Of a stretch of 64,000 bases of DNA, positions 1-11,634 are shown piece by piece (the stretch's first letter is position 1; each line of letters opens with the position of its first letter). This DNA is from Blastocatellales bacterium (GTDB taxonomy: Bacteria; Acidobacteriota; Blastocatellia; RBC074): NCBI GenBank assembly GCA_050187295.1, contig JBFWXQ010000009.1, forward strand, positions 152,627-216,626, in the 5' to 3' direction. The translations under genes and the position numbers were made by a program. Below the pieces are notes generated by a model. That model ran no database searches. It saw nothing but the letters and a program-made list of their open reading frames with translations, and had not been told where the DNA came from.

Positions 1-1895
1 TCGGCCCATCATCCACCCACGAAGTGTCTGTTGAATAAACGTCAACTCCATATTCGGCAACCAGCCGGGTCATTCGTTCGTGCAAATTCGAAGGATTGTC
101 CTTGAGCTTGACGACCAATGTTCCCGCTGGAAAATTCGTGCCGTTCAATTTGAACGCCTTGTCATAACTGTGAACGCGAAGGTCCTGCCGAAATAAATCA
201 GCCAGAGCCGCAGCCGCCGATTGCGTGCCCCACGGAATCAGATAAGCCAGTTTGGCCTGCCCTCCGCGCATTTGCCCTGTTGGTTTGGGCAATTCCTTCA
301 GGACGCCGGCCTGCACGTTCGAAGCCTCTTCGGCAATGTAACAGGGAACATCGAACAAAAACGGCAATGACCATCCGGTGACATCATAAAACTCTTCGCG
401 CTGGCGAAGTTTGTTGCGGCGGCGCTGTTCGTCCAAAAACTCCTTGTCCTGATCGGTCTGTTTATCCATCAGGGTTTTCAGCAACCGCTTTGCCGGTTGA
501 GCCAGCGAAACTATGAAACTTCCCGCCGGAAATTCGCGCGATTGTAACTGCCCGTTTTCGTAATCGCGCGTTTTTGGATTGCTGAATGCGGCGTCGGCTC
601 GTTTGACTTCAATGCCCGACATCATAAGCGTCGCCGCCAGTTTTGCCGCGCGATTCGGATCGTTGCCGGGAGTAATGATGTATTCCTTGACGGTTTCGCT
701 CCGGCCATCTTCGATTGCAGTGCGACGATAATCATAAAAATGACGTAGCAGCGCTTCGCGATTTTTGGCGGTGCTTTCGATGGTGGCCAATGCAGCGATG
801 AAATGGTGTTGAACCGAATCGTGGTAATGCATTGTCGTCTGATCATCGCGATTGGCCAGCAAACCGCGCACGCTGGCCTGTTCGTAAGTCATGCCGATGG
901 AACCTTGAAAGAGCGGCCAGCCTTCGCCATACCCCGGATAGAAAGAATCGTAGCCTTCGCGTGTAAAGTAATCGAATTTGAAACGGTCGAACCAGGCGGC
1001 GTTGTTACGGCCAAGTCTGGCCAGCCAATCCAGTTGCGTCTTGGTCAGGTTCGGATTCCAGGGCAAGGCAGGCGGAGCGAAATAAAAAGTGCTGTTGGTT
1101 CCCATCTCGTGCTGATCGGCGACGACCTGCGGAAACCATTCCAGATAAGTTTTGGTGCGTCCGCGCGTTTCCGGCTGAGTTTGCGCAAACCAATCGCGGT
1201 TCATGTCAAACAGGTAATGATTCGTTCTGCCGCCCGGCCAGACTTCGTTGTGTTCGGCGGATTGCAAATCGCCATCGGGAAATCGTCCGACATTCTGGCG
1301 GAAGTAATTAATGAAGCGGTCTCGCCCGTCAGGATTCTGCATCGGATCAATCAGGACTATTGAATTTTTCATCGCCGCCGCAACAACTTCGTCGTTCTGC
1401 GCCGCCAACAGGTGGTAAGCCGTAATCAACGCCGAATCAACACTGGAAATTTCATTGCCATGAACACCGCAAATCAACCAAACAATCGAAGGTAATGAAG
1501 CGATCAACGAATTGGCCTCGTTGGTCGAAATCCGTCGAGGGTCCGCCAGTTTCTGCATTCCGGCCTTGATCTCTTCCAGCCGCGAAATGTTTGCCGGCGA
1601 ACCAATTGCCATCACGTACAGCGAGCGGCCTTCCCAGCTTTCGGCATACTTGATGACCTTCGAACGAGAACTTGCCGATTGCTGCAAAGCCTGAATGTAT
1701 TTTTCGGCTTCGTGATGCATGGTGATCTTCTCGCCGAAATCGTGGCCGACAATCTTTTTCAATGTAGGAATGGCCGGGTCATATTTTGCGCCGGGAAAGA
1801 ATTCGAAACCTTGCGCAAGGATTGCGGAAACGAAGATTAGCAGACAACACACCGCCTGAACCAAGCGGACGCCAAAAGGACGAAGCACAGTGATC
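1..1895 (-). CDS. M14 family zinc carboxypeptidase, secreted; C-terminal part lies beyond the window edge
   Basis: No stop codon inside the window, so it is absent from the ORF track. Reverse-complement translation from the ATG at 1893-1895 gives a signal-peptide-like N-terminus (MITVLRPFGVRLVQAVCCLLIFVSAILAQ). An HxxE zinc-ligand motif (..WLICGVHGNEISS..) lies around 1450-1480, and coding continues to position 1. Confidence 0.6.
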
Positions 1896-1968
1896 ATCTC
1901 CTGTATTGAATTTGAATGCGAGTGGGTGAGTGAGTACCACGCAGTAGCAGATGCGTCAAGCAACCGCA

Positions 1969-2400
1969 TTACTTGCCGCCACCACGTTGGAAATCAACCG
2001 ATCCATTGCCCCCACCGGCAATTAACAAAGTCAGCGCCATCCCCAATAAAGCCAGCGTGTATTCGAAACCTCCATTGGTCAGAAAGAATCCGTTTTTCCA
2101 ATGGACACCGAACATCGCCACGCCCATCACACAGGCGATCAGGAAAGCGCCTATGCGCGTGAAAAATCCGAGCATCACCAACACTCCGCCTATGAACTCG
2201 GCAAATGCCGCGACGCTCAGCCAAACCCAGGCCGGTTGCAAATTGAACGGAGCGGCAGCAGATGTCCACGCAGTCAATCCACTTCCCCCCCAAACTCCGA
2301 AAATCTTCTGTGCTCCGTGAACGAAGAAAATCACTCCCAATGACAGCCTTAACGGCAGCAAAGCCCATGTGTTGATGGTTGAATTCAAGCGTACAGCCAT
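1969..2400 (-). CDS. DoxX family membrane protein
   Basis: 143-aa ORF with 4 predicted TM helices and a DoxX-like FVHGAQKIFG..GG motif. AGGAGA SD lies 5 nt upstream of the ATG at 2400. Confidence 0.7.
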   Translation of the reverse strand: MAVRLNSTINTWALLPLRLSLGVIFFVHGAQKIFGVWGGSGLTAWTSAAAPFNLQPAWVWLSVAAFAEFIGGVLVMLGFFTRIGAFLIACVMGVAMFGVHWKNGFFLTNGGFEYTLALLGMALTLLIAGGGNGSVDFQRGGGK

Positions 2401-2412
2401 TGTTTCTCCTGT

Positions 2413-2443
2413 AAAAAAAAGCGCGAGAGCGCCAGCATCTCGC
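2413..2443 (-). terminator. Rho-independent terminator downstream of the xylanase gene
   Basis: On the minus strand, the stem GCGAGA / TCTCGC (2423-2428 / 2438-2443) with a 9-nt loop is followed by T8 (plus-strand A8 at 2413-2420). Confidence 0.6.
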
Positions 2444-2465
2444 CTGCTAACCTAAATATTTTTAT

Positions 2466-4850
2466 TTATTGCCCGATCTGGCGCGACTGGTTGCGAATAA
2501 TCGGCGAACGCGGCGAACTCACATTCAGCGCGATTACCACTTCGCCATTTGCATTCAAGATTGTCATCACGGTTTTCGATTCGCGGCCGTAAACTGCCGT
2601 GACGTTATACGAGCCTTTGAAGCCGCGAGTTGAATATTTTCCAGCGGCATCGCTTATGCCGATGGCGTTCGTCCACCATTCGCGGAAAACCAGGTCGTTG
2701 TATGTCAAAGCGTTCGGTTTCGACGACCAGTCAGCCTTGTACATTGCTCCGAGCGGCAACCAATGCGCCTTTTCCCAGAATCCCCACATCAGAAAATCCG
2801 TGAATCCGGGCTGACTGAAGATCATCGTCATCACATCGCGGGTGTATTCGGCCTGCAATTCTTCGTCGGCCATATTGATGTCGAATTCAGTCATCGCCAA
2901 TTGAACCGGCAGCGAAGAAAATCGCTCGATGATTGATTGCATTAAAACAGGAGGCGTGATGCGATCAAAATGCCCCTGCAACCCCACGCCATCAACCGGT
3001 GCGCCGTTGGCCAGCATCCAGCCTGTCAGTTCGTACAGGTAATTTTGATGATTCGCATCCATACCTCCACCCGCCAGAATGTCGTAATCGTTGACGAACA
3101 GTTTTGCCTCTGCATCCAGATTTCTGGCCAATTTAAACCAGCGGATGATTTCCATGTTCCCCAACTTCCCCTGTGACGGCGTGATGTTGGCAACTCCGTT
3201 GATGCGCCCTTGAAGATCGTAGTTTGTATAAGGTTCGTTGACCACATCCCATTGATAACATTTCCCTCCGGCATTTTCCGGTTTGAGTATGTCTGCAAAA
3301 TGCTGATCAATCCTTTGCTGCAAAGCCGTTCCTGTCAGGTTTCGTACATCGCCGGGCAAATTGCCGGAACCCGGCCAGATCAAATTGTGACCGCGTACGG
3401 TCAGATTGTTGGCTTTCAACCACGCCAGAGCGTCCATCGTCGCCTGCCGGTTCCAGGCCTGCCAATCTTCCCAGAAAGGCCATTTCAAATCGTTTTCCAG
3501 AACTGAAGTTGTGAAATGACTGGAAACCCGTGAACGGTAGATTTCGCGATCCGCAGCCGTCTGCCCATTCCCCGCCAGCAATTGAGCAGTGACAGCCGAA
3601 CCAAATTTGAAAGAGTGATTCGTCTGCTGAACAAAGACCGTGGCTCCCTGCAAAGGCTTACCCTCTTTGTCAACGACCGTGACAGATAAATCGCCTTTGC
3701 GATATTGATTGATCCGTTCAATTGCCGCCAATCGCCAGGCTGCATTCGCGTCGTCGCGCCCGGGATAGTAATACTCGATCCTGAATTGCGACGGGCTGAC
3801 CGTTGGCCCGTAATTGGCAAGCGCGATTCCGCCAATCTCGAATTTCTGCGGCCCAAAAGCAAATTGAAAAACCAGATGCGCCTGCCCTACGGCAAAATCA
3901 GTATGAGCCTTGAACGGAAGTTGATAGAACCTCCATTCGGCACCGTCGTTCGGAAAGTTGATGCTCAGCGATTTGTCGAAAGGATCGGCATTACGTTCGA
4001 AAACAACTTGCGCGCGGATGATCGCAGAATTCATTGGCTCCAGCTTTCGCGCCCAAAACGAAAGCAAAAGGACATCGTCTTTCTTTATTGCAATGGCATT
4101 GTTCCAACCCAATCCCGAACGAAAGACATAATCTGAATCGCCGTTGCTGATGACTTGGATCGCTTGCGAAAAATTCTGTCCGGCGACATTTACAACCGAA
4201 GTCGAACCGCCAAGCTGAGCATCGAAGTAACGGAAAAAGCTGTTGTAAGGATTATTCGGCAAAACCGAAACCGGTTCGATCGTTACGGCAGGAGTCCGGC
4301 CAAAATCGACCAAACTTATCCCGCCTATCTCAAATACCTGCGGCCCAAATGCGAAGTGAAAAACCAATTGAGCTTGTCCAGCGGCATAATTGGCTGCTGA
4401 TTTGAAGGGAATGCTGTACTTCGTCCAAGTTGAATTGTCGCAGGGAAAACTGGTGTAGAGCGATTTGGTGAACGGAACTTCATTGATTTCGAATCCCACG
4501 TAACCGCGAATGTTGTTGCCATCCAAAGGCGACAACTTCCTCACCCAGAAAGTCAGTTGCAGGTTGTCGCCCTGACTGACCGATTGAGATGTTCGTATCC
4601 ACAAACCCGCGTCATGAACACGGGCTGAAGTTCCGCTGACTGCTATTTGATAAGCTTGCGAAAAGGAGGTTCCATTGACCGTTACAGGAGTGATGGTGGA
4701 ATTCGCCCCCGCGCTGCCACTGAAATCGTAAATATTTTCCGGCAGAACAGAGTTTCCCGACTGAGCCGCAATGGAAACTTGAAGCAGGCAGATGATAATT
4801 CCGCAACCAATTGTTTTTATCCGCGCTCTTTTCAAGCGGTAGTTCGCCAT
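2466..4850 (-). CDS. Secreted GH10 endo-1,4-beta-xylanase with two N-terminal CBM4_9/CBM22-like repeats
   Basis: 794 aa with a signal peptide. Two ~150-aa tandem repeats (..LQLTFWVRKL..FEIGGISL.. and ..LLLSFWARKL..FEIGGIAL..) precede a catalytic domain with GH10 hallmarks (GHNLIWP, WDVVNEP, TEFD). Confidence 0.8.
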   Translation of the reverse strand: MANYRLKRARIKTIGCGIIICLLQVSIAAQSGNSVLPENIYDFSGSAGANSTITPVTVNGTSFSQAYQIAVSGTSARVHDAGLWIRTSQSVSQGDNLQLTFWVRKLSPLDGNNIRGYVGFEINEVPFTKSLYTSFPCDNSTWTKYSIPFKSAANYAAGQAQLVFHFAFGPQVFEIGGISLVDFGRTPAVTIEPVSVLPNNPYNSFFRYFDAQLGGSTSVVNVAGQNFSQAIQVISNGDSDYVFRSGLGWNNAIAIKKDDVLLLSFWARKLEPMNSAIIRAQVVFERNADPFDKSLSINFPNDGAEWRFYQLPFKAHTDFAVGQAHLVFQFAFGPQKFEIGGIALANYGPTVSPSQFRIEYYYPGRDDANAAWRLAAIERINQYRKGDLSVTVVDKEGKPLQGATVFVQQTNHSFKFGSAVTAQLLAGNGQTAADREIYRSRVSSHFTTSVLENDLKWPFWEDWQAWNRQATMDALAWLKANNLTVRGHNLIWPGSGNLPGDVRNLTGTALQQRIDQHFADILKPENAGGKCYQWDVVNEPYTNYDLQGRINGVANITPSQGKLGNMEIIRWFKLARNLDAEAKLFVNDYDILAGGGMDANHQNYLYELTGWMLANGAPVDGVGLQGHFDRITPPVLMQSIIERFSSLPVQLAMTEFDINMADEELQAEYTRDVMTMIFSQPGFTDFLMWGFWEKAHWLPLGAMYKADWSSKPNALTYNDLVFREWWTNAIGISDAAGKYSTRGFKGSYNVTAVYGRESKTVMTILNANGEVVIALNVSSPRSPIIRNQSRQIGQ

Positions 4851-5049
4851 TCGCGTCGCTCCTTTTTTGATTCGGTTATCACTTTTTCCATTCGCAAGTT
4901 TAGCCGCTAAATGCCGTTCGCGGATAGATGTTAATCAATCGCCGTAAACAGGAAAAGATCCCCTCAGACTGTAAGAAGCTGGCGCTGAACATCTGTTATG
5001 GTATCTTCCTCTCACACTTCCGAACCACAACGTAAAGGTAAAATCATCT

Positions 5050-6135
5050 ATGCGACAGAAGCTTTCTTTAACAGTTGCCCTATTGATTGTCTTGTCATCT
5101 CTCTCAATGTCCGTCTTTGGGCAGGACAAAAAACCACCCGTTACGAAAGACGAGGTTCTCAACTTTCTGAAATCGGCTGAAGGGCGGCGAATTGAGCAGG
5201 GCGAAATTGCCGCTGAGGTAACTTTGCGTGGCGTTGCCTTTGAAGTTGACGAGCAGATTCTGGAACAGTTCAGGGCGGCTGGGGCAAAATCATATCTGCT
5301 GGATGCCATCAGACGCGCGGGGAAAAAAGATGAGATGGAAGAAGCTGTCCCCAAACCCAAACTGCGGACAATCGAGGAAACTGAACAGGCTGAGGAGGAA
5401 GAACGAAAAGCCCGCGAAGAAGCTTTTGCCAGGCTGCCGTTGCTGGAACAAGCTCGATACTACGCGCTGGAATATCCAGACGAGTTGCTGGATTTCACCG
5501 TCACCCAATACGTCTCTCGTTATACGCAGACCCCGGCAATCAAAGACTGGAAGCTTCAGGACAAACTGGAAATCGAACTGACTTATCGTTTGAAAGGCGG
5601 CGAGAAATACAAGCTGGTGAAAATGGATGGCGCGCCGACCAAAATGAGTTACGACAATCTGGGCGGTTCGACTTCGTCGGGCGAGTTTGGCTCACTGCTC
5701 GCCGCCGCTTTCGCGCCTCAATCCCGCGCGGAATTCAAAGAGATCAGAGGCGAGAAATTTCGTGGCCGTCAGACAGCCGTTTATGACTTCAGGGTAAAAA
5801 AAGCGTTTTCAAAAAGCGTCATCACAGATAAAAACACTCATCAGACAGTCACAACCGGGTATCAGGGAACCGTCTGGATAGACGTTGAAACCAAACGAGT
5901 CCTGCGTATCGAACAGGCTCAGGAAGGAATGCCCCCGAACTTTTCCATCACCCTGGCCGAAAGCGCTGTCGAATATGATTGGATCACAATTGCCGATCAA
6001 AGCTACCTGTTGCCGGTTCGCGCGGAAGTTCTGCTTGGACGGGACAGCGAACGTTATTACACCCGAAACGTGATCGAATTCCGCGACTACCACAAATTCG
6101 ATTCCGACATGAAAATCCTGCCACCGGATAAATAG
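5050..6135 (+). CDS. Hypothetical secreted protein with an acidic (Glu-rich) linker
   Basis: 361-aa ORF with a signal peptide (MRQKLSLTVALLIVLSSLSMSVFGQ), an EEE-rich segment and consistent coding periodicity. I do not recognise a family. Confidence 0.5.
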   Translation: MRQKLSLTVALLIVLSSLSMSVFGQDKKPPVTKDEVLNFLKSAEGRRIEQGEIAAEVTLRGVAFEVDEQILEQFRAAGAKSYLLDAIRRAGKKDEMEEAVPKPKLRTIEETEQAEEEERKAREEAFARLPLLEQARYYALEYPDELLDFTVTQYVSRYTQTPAIKDWKLQDKLEIELTYRLKGGEKYKLVKMDGAPTKMSYDNLGGSTSSGEFGSLLAAAFAPQSRAEFKEIRGEKFRGRQTAVYDFRVKKAFSKSVITDKNTHQTVTTGYQGTVWIDVETKRVLRIEQAQEGMPPNFSITLAESAVEYDWITIADQSYLLPVRAEVLLGRDSERYYTRNVIEFRDYHKFDSDMKILPPDK

Positions 6136-6138
6136 GGT

Positions 6139-7350
6139 TCAATTGCCGAACACAATCCGCGCGACTTCGGCTACGTATTCGCGCGGGCGTTTTTTCAACT
6201 TGCGAAAATCGTCCGTGTTGAATTGCACCGCGATGGCGGCTTTGTATTGCGGGAAGTATTCCATCTCGGACAAATAACCAGGAAACCAACCGCCGTGGCC
6301 GTAACTGGCTCCCCACTCGCTTTCGCGCACCTGCACACCCAACCCGTATTTGTCACCTTTTCCGGTTCTTGCAGGAACAGCCTTCAACATTTCTTCGACG
6401 CTCAGGCGATCAACGATTTTGCCCTCATAAAGCAACTTCGCCCATTTAGCCAAATCCTGCGCCGTTGCGGCAAATCCGCCTCCGCACCATTCCATCTGTG
6501 GATTGATAATGAATTTACCGTCGGTGATCGTGCGGCCTTCGAATCCGAACGGACTGCCCGCCTGTGAATAACCCGGAATCAATCCTGAAATCGTGCGACT
6601 GTCGGAAGGAGCAGTTTCCTTCAATTTGAACTTGTTCAGGATTCGTTGCTGCACTTCGCCATAGACGGTTTTCCCGGACACCCGCTCGAAAATCATGCCA
6701 ACCAGAATGTAATTCGTGTCGGCATACGACCAGCCTTTACCTGCTTCAAAATGCGGTTTGCTGTCCAGAACATAAGCAACCAATTCTTCAGGCTTCCAAA
6801 CCTTGTCCGGCTGTTCGCGCAAGGCATTGAGAAAATCCTTGTTCAGCACATGCTCTGGAATGCCGCTGGTATGATTCATCAGCATTCGCAGCGTGATGTC
6901 TTTCGCATTCGGCAATCGGTCGAACCACGATTCTTTGCCGAGCCATTTTTCGATCTTGTCGTCCAGATCAAGCTGGCCGTCTTCGACAAGCTGTAGCGCG
7001 ATGGCTGCGACGTATGTCTTGCCGATGCTTCCGGCAAGCATCAGGTCGGTCGGCTTCAGCGCTTTGTCGCTTTCCAATTCTGAATAGCCGATTGAAACTC
7101 CCATCGCTTTGCCGTTGCCCCAGGCGATGCCGATGTTCGCGCCGGGAAACTCCGCTTCCTTGCGCAGGTCCAGAAACCTGACCTGAATGCGTCTGGCCAC
7201 CTCGGAAACGTCGCCGATGTTGAGAGGCTTGACTGCTTTCTGCGCTGATTGCGCGTTGGCCGCAGTTCCGAGCGATCGTTCAGGCGTAAGCAACGCCGCG
7301 AAAATCATCAAAACGAGAAAACAAAACTTTCCGAATTTAACGCTGATCAT
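6139..7350 (-). CDS. Serine hydrolase, beta-lactamase / penicillin-binding-protein-like (class C fold)
   Basis: SxxK motif (SIGKTY) and a YxN-like motif. The ORF-track start at 7410 is probably an over-extension; the internal ATG at 7350 ([21 protein letters not shown]..) gives a signal peptide. Confidence 0.7.
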   Translation of the reverse strand: MISVKFGKFCFLVLMIFAALLTPERSLGTAANAQSAQKAVKPLNIGDVSEVARRIQVRFLDLRKEAEFPGANIGIAWGNGKAMGVSIGYSELESDKALKPTDLMLAGSIGKTYVAAIALQLVEDGQLDLDDKIEKWLGKESWFDRLPNAKDITLRMLMNHTSGIPEHVLNKDFLNALREQPDKVWKPEELVAYVLDSKPHFEAGKGWSYADTNYILVGMIFERVSGKTVYGEVQQRILNKFKLKETAPSDSRTISGLIPGYSQAGSPFGFEGRTITDGKFIINPQMEWCGGGFAATAQDLAKWAKLLYEGKIVDRLSVEEMLKAVPARTGKGDKYGLGVQVRESEWGASYGHGGWFPGYLSEMEYFPQYKAAIAVQFNTDDFRKLKKRPREYVAEVARIVFGN

Positions 7351-7358
7351 TTGCCCTC

Positions 7359-8246
7359 CTATTTCTTCTCTTCCGGCAACGGAGCCGTCACATCGAAGGT
7401 GATTCGCCAATTCCCTTTCGCGTCACGTTTCCAAACTCGCACGTAGTAGCCTTTTTCGCCCGTCACTTCATATTTGCCGTAGCTGTATCCGAAGTCAGCC
7501 GAGCGCGCGACTTCCGCCTTGATCGGTTCGCCGCCGATTACCGCAGGTTGTTTGCCAGCCCAGGTCTGCAAAGCGGCTTTGCCGATGACGGGCATCATTT
7601 GATTGCGATGAATGCGCGCATCGTCGCTCAAAAACTTCTGCCAGGCGTGAGCAGTCGAATCGCTTTTAGCCAGCCGGAAAAACTCACGGTCGGTTTTGAG
7701 CAGTTCCGCCAGAGAATCTTCAACGGAGGTTTTGACTGGTTTGACTTTCCAATCAGGCGCAGCCTGAAACGGCGCATCGAGCGGTGCGACTGCAGAATCC
7801 ACCTGAATTCCCAGATCAACCAAGACCTTCCAACTACCATCGGCCTGCTTTTTCCAAACCGAAGAATACATGCCGTGTTGAGCGGGACGTTTGGCGGGGC
7901 TGCGGTCTTCGACCATGTAAGGGCCAGTCGTGTAACCAAGATCGCCCGCGGCGGAAACATCTCCGTATATCGGCGCCCAGTTCAGAACAATCGGCGGAGG
8001 CGTGGCAGGCGCAGGACGTTTGCGGTAAGAGTCAATGGTTTTGGTTGGATGAGGTTGGAAGTTGATTCCGTCTTCGGCAAAGAAAGTCATAAAGGCTTCG
8101 CGAACTCCGTGGTCAACTGAATACTTGGCGAAAGCGCGTTCGGCATTCGCCAGAGTTTCCATCGCTGACTGACCATTTTTTTCCTGAGTCAACGCGGCCA
8201 TCACCAACAGGCACGCGAAAGCAACGGCAAAGAAAAATCGCTTCAT
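7359..8246 (-). CDS. Secreted tandem NTF2-like / DUF4440-like (SnoaL-fold) domain protein
   Basis: 295 aa with a signal peptide. Two internal repeats each end in ..W(K/K)(K/R)..(G/G)(S/N)W(K/R)(V/I).. ([16 protein letters not shown] / [15 protein letters not shown]). Confidence 0.5.
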   Translation of the reverse strand: MKRFFFAVAFACLLVMAALTQEKNGQSAMETLANAERAFAKYSVDHGVREAFMTFFAEDGINFQPHPTKTIDSYRKRPAPATPPPIVLNWAPIYGDVSAAGDLGYTTGPYMVEDRSPAKRPAQHGMYSSVWKKQADGSWKVLVDLGIQVDSAVAPLDAPFQAAPDWKVKPVKTSVEDSLAELLKTDREFFRLAKSDSTAHAWQKFLSDDARIHRNQMMPVIGKAALQTWAGKQPAVIGGEPIKAEVARSADFGYSYGKYEVTGEKGYYVRVWKRDAKGNWRITFDVTAPLPEEKK

Positions 8247-8508
8247 TGTTCCTCCACATCAATCCGTCAATTGTTTGTTTGGAGATCAGTCAGGGCAGGT
8301 CGAAACGGAGATTAACAAACCTGAGCGGTAGTGACAAAGATCGTAAGCACATCCGGTCTGATGAATTGGCAACTGAAACCTGAGACCTCGTTCCTGACAC
8401 CTGAGAAACCAAAACGCCGTGGACATGGGCATTTTAGGAAATTCGCAGAGGTCAGGATTCGGGTATCAGGTCTCAGCCACCTGGCGATGATTTCAGCGAC
8501 TGCCTGAT

Positions 8509-9732
<1,224 letters not shown>

Positions 9733-9931
9733 ATGTTTTGCGCTCCTTGTGGAAATGTTCCGCAAGCTGTCCAGCTTGCGACGGTATTGTGAGGTATGAC
9801 TTTCAAAAACAATAGCCGTTTAGCGGAAATCATCCGCAGGCCGGACAATCCGCGGCATATCGTCAAGACGAAACTCAAGTTTAATACTTATCATCGAATT
9901 GCGATGGCACTCACCACTGCTATTTCCGCTC

Positions 9932-11596
9932 TTACTTTCCGCCCTTACAACCCGGCATCCGAAATGCGCCGATGCGAGTTGAATAATTCGTCTGGCCTGC
10001 TTTGAGGTAATCGCCGACGTACCAGATTGTGCAATCGTCGGTGGGGTCAACAGCCGTCTGAGTGTAATCCTGCCAGCGCATAACGTTCTGTGCGGCTGCG
10101 CCTTCGGCCAGGACGGTTTCGCGCAGCGTCAGCTTGCCCGGCGGATCGTTCGCTCGGCGAGCGGCGAAGCGTTGACCGGCGAAGTTCGGCGAACCTCCAA
10201 ACGAATAGCCAAAGCCGATGTTGCCGAAACGATCAATTGCCGGACTTGCCATCCAGCGATAAAAGCCATCAGGCGCGTAAGTTCCCTGTTGATGTAACTT
10301 CACGTCGCGGTCTTTGCCAACTCGAAATTCATACCAGCGAACTCCGCCCGCGCCCGCCGCAGTGTTGACCGAATGAACGGCGACCAGCGATTCGCGTTTT
10401 CCTATGCGCCGATAAACCAATCGGGCCATGATCTTGTCGCCTTGCGAATCAAGTCTGGTCTGCACTCCCGGTTGCGGCACGCAATTCGTCAACTGACCAT
10501 CGCACAAATAACGGTAAGGCGCGACGCCGATCTTTTCCGGCGCACTGAGTTTGGTGTTCGACGGATTTTGCCAATCCACTTTGAACTTCCAGACAAAGAT
10601 GCCGTCGTCTTCAAAGATTTTCTTCAACTGCGTCCCACCCGCAGCCATCATGATGTTCGGAGCTCCCGGCGGCGGAAGCTGTCTGCCGTCAATGTCAGCG
10701 TTGTTCAGGAAATTCACCCCGTCAATGATGACGCATTGTTCGCGCGCTGGTTCGCCTCGCAACATCTTGTCACGTTCAGCCACACAGGCGTGTTTTTGAA
10801 TCACGTCGTCGCCTGTGCTGGTCGGAACGTAATATCCGTCCGGCCAGATTGCCGGACGAGGGTAATCCGGGAAAAGCGGGCGCAGGAACTCATAACGATA
10901 ATAAGCTCCCATAGGATCAGACGTGGCGCTGACGGCGTAACACATCGAATACACGCCTTTTGTTTCAGGCGGACGCTGGCCTCGCGGTTGAGGCGGTTGA
11001 TCTAACTGACGGGGCGGCACAAACAATGCGGCTGCTTCGCCGGGCTGATTCGGCTGACCCGGAACACTGAATTTGGCGGGTTCGCCGGCACGCGGCGGTT
11101 CTGGTTGATCCGGTCTGGGCTGGCCGCGACGAAACGTTGGCATGACAATCAGCCAGCGGCCTGCCAACTGATCGTAGCGAACAACTGTGTCGCCGTTATT
11201 GGTGGCTTCGCAGGCGCCGCCAAAACCCTTGAACACAGTGTTATTCGGCACGGGGCCATAAAGCGGTTTTCCTGTTTTATCAAAAATCGCCATCCGCGTG
11301 TTGACTGTTTGCATGACGTGGTTCGGCCCTACTGCCAGGCTGTTGTCGGAAGGGTTTCGCAAATTTGCCGTGCCCTGCGGTCCTTCAAAACCTGCACCAA
11401 GACCATCGAAACCGACAACCAGTCTGGCTCCGGGCAATTTGCCTTGCGTGGTTTGTTCGACCTTAGCCGATCCTTGCGGAACGCTTATCACCGGCGGTTT
11501 TATCGAAGCAGAGTTTTGTTGCGCAGTTACCTGAGAACAACCATTCAGGATCAGCAACAAGATGATTGCCAAGGGAGTGAACATTCGTAGCAACAT
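9932..11596 (-). CDS. Hypothetical lipoprotein with a Pro/Gln-rich linker
   Basis: 554 aa with a lipobox-like N-terminus (..LLILNGCSQ) and a low-complexity P/Q-rich region (QPRPDQPEPPRAGEP..QPPQPRGQRPP). No recognisable catalytic motif. Confidence 0.55.
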   Translation of the reverse strand: MLLRMFTPLAIILLLILNGCSQVTAQQNSASIKPPVISVPQGSAKVEQTTQGKLPGARLVVGFDGLGAGFEGPQGTANLRNPSDNSLAVGPNHVMQTVNTRMAIFDKTGKPLYGPVPNNTVFKGFGGACEATNNGDTVVRYDQLAGRWLIVMPTFRRGQPRPDQPEPPRAGEPAKFSVPGQPNQPGEAAALFVPPRQLDQPPQPRGQRPPETKGVYSMCYAVSATSDPMGAYYRYEFLRPLFPDYPRPAIWPDGYYVPTSTGDDVIQKHACVAERDKMLRGEPAREQCVIIDGVNFLNNADIDGRQLPPPGAPNIMMAAGGTQLKKIFEDDGIFVWKFKVDWQNPSNTKLSAPEKIGVAPYRYLCDGQLTNCVPQPGVQTRLDSQGDKIMARLVYRRIGKRESLVAVHSVNTAAGAGGVRWYEFRVGKDRDVKLHQQGTYAPDGFYRWMASPAIDRFGNIGFGYSFGGSPNFAGQRFAARRANDPPGKLTLRETVLAEGAAAQNVMRWQDYTQTAVDPTDDCTIWYVGDYLKAGQTNYSTRIGAFRMPGCKGGK

Positions 11597-11634
11597 CTCA
11601 ATTCCTCAAAATGAATTATCACGACCAAGCAATT

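Noticed and set aside
8247-8508. Looked for a tRNA or small RNA gene in the 262-nt spacer
   Set aside because: No T-loop (GTTCGAATC-like), cloverleaf-compatible pairing or terminator was seen. Only the repeat array is reported as a finding.
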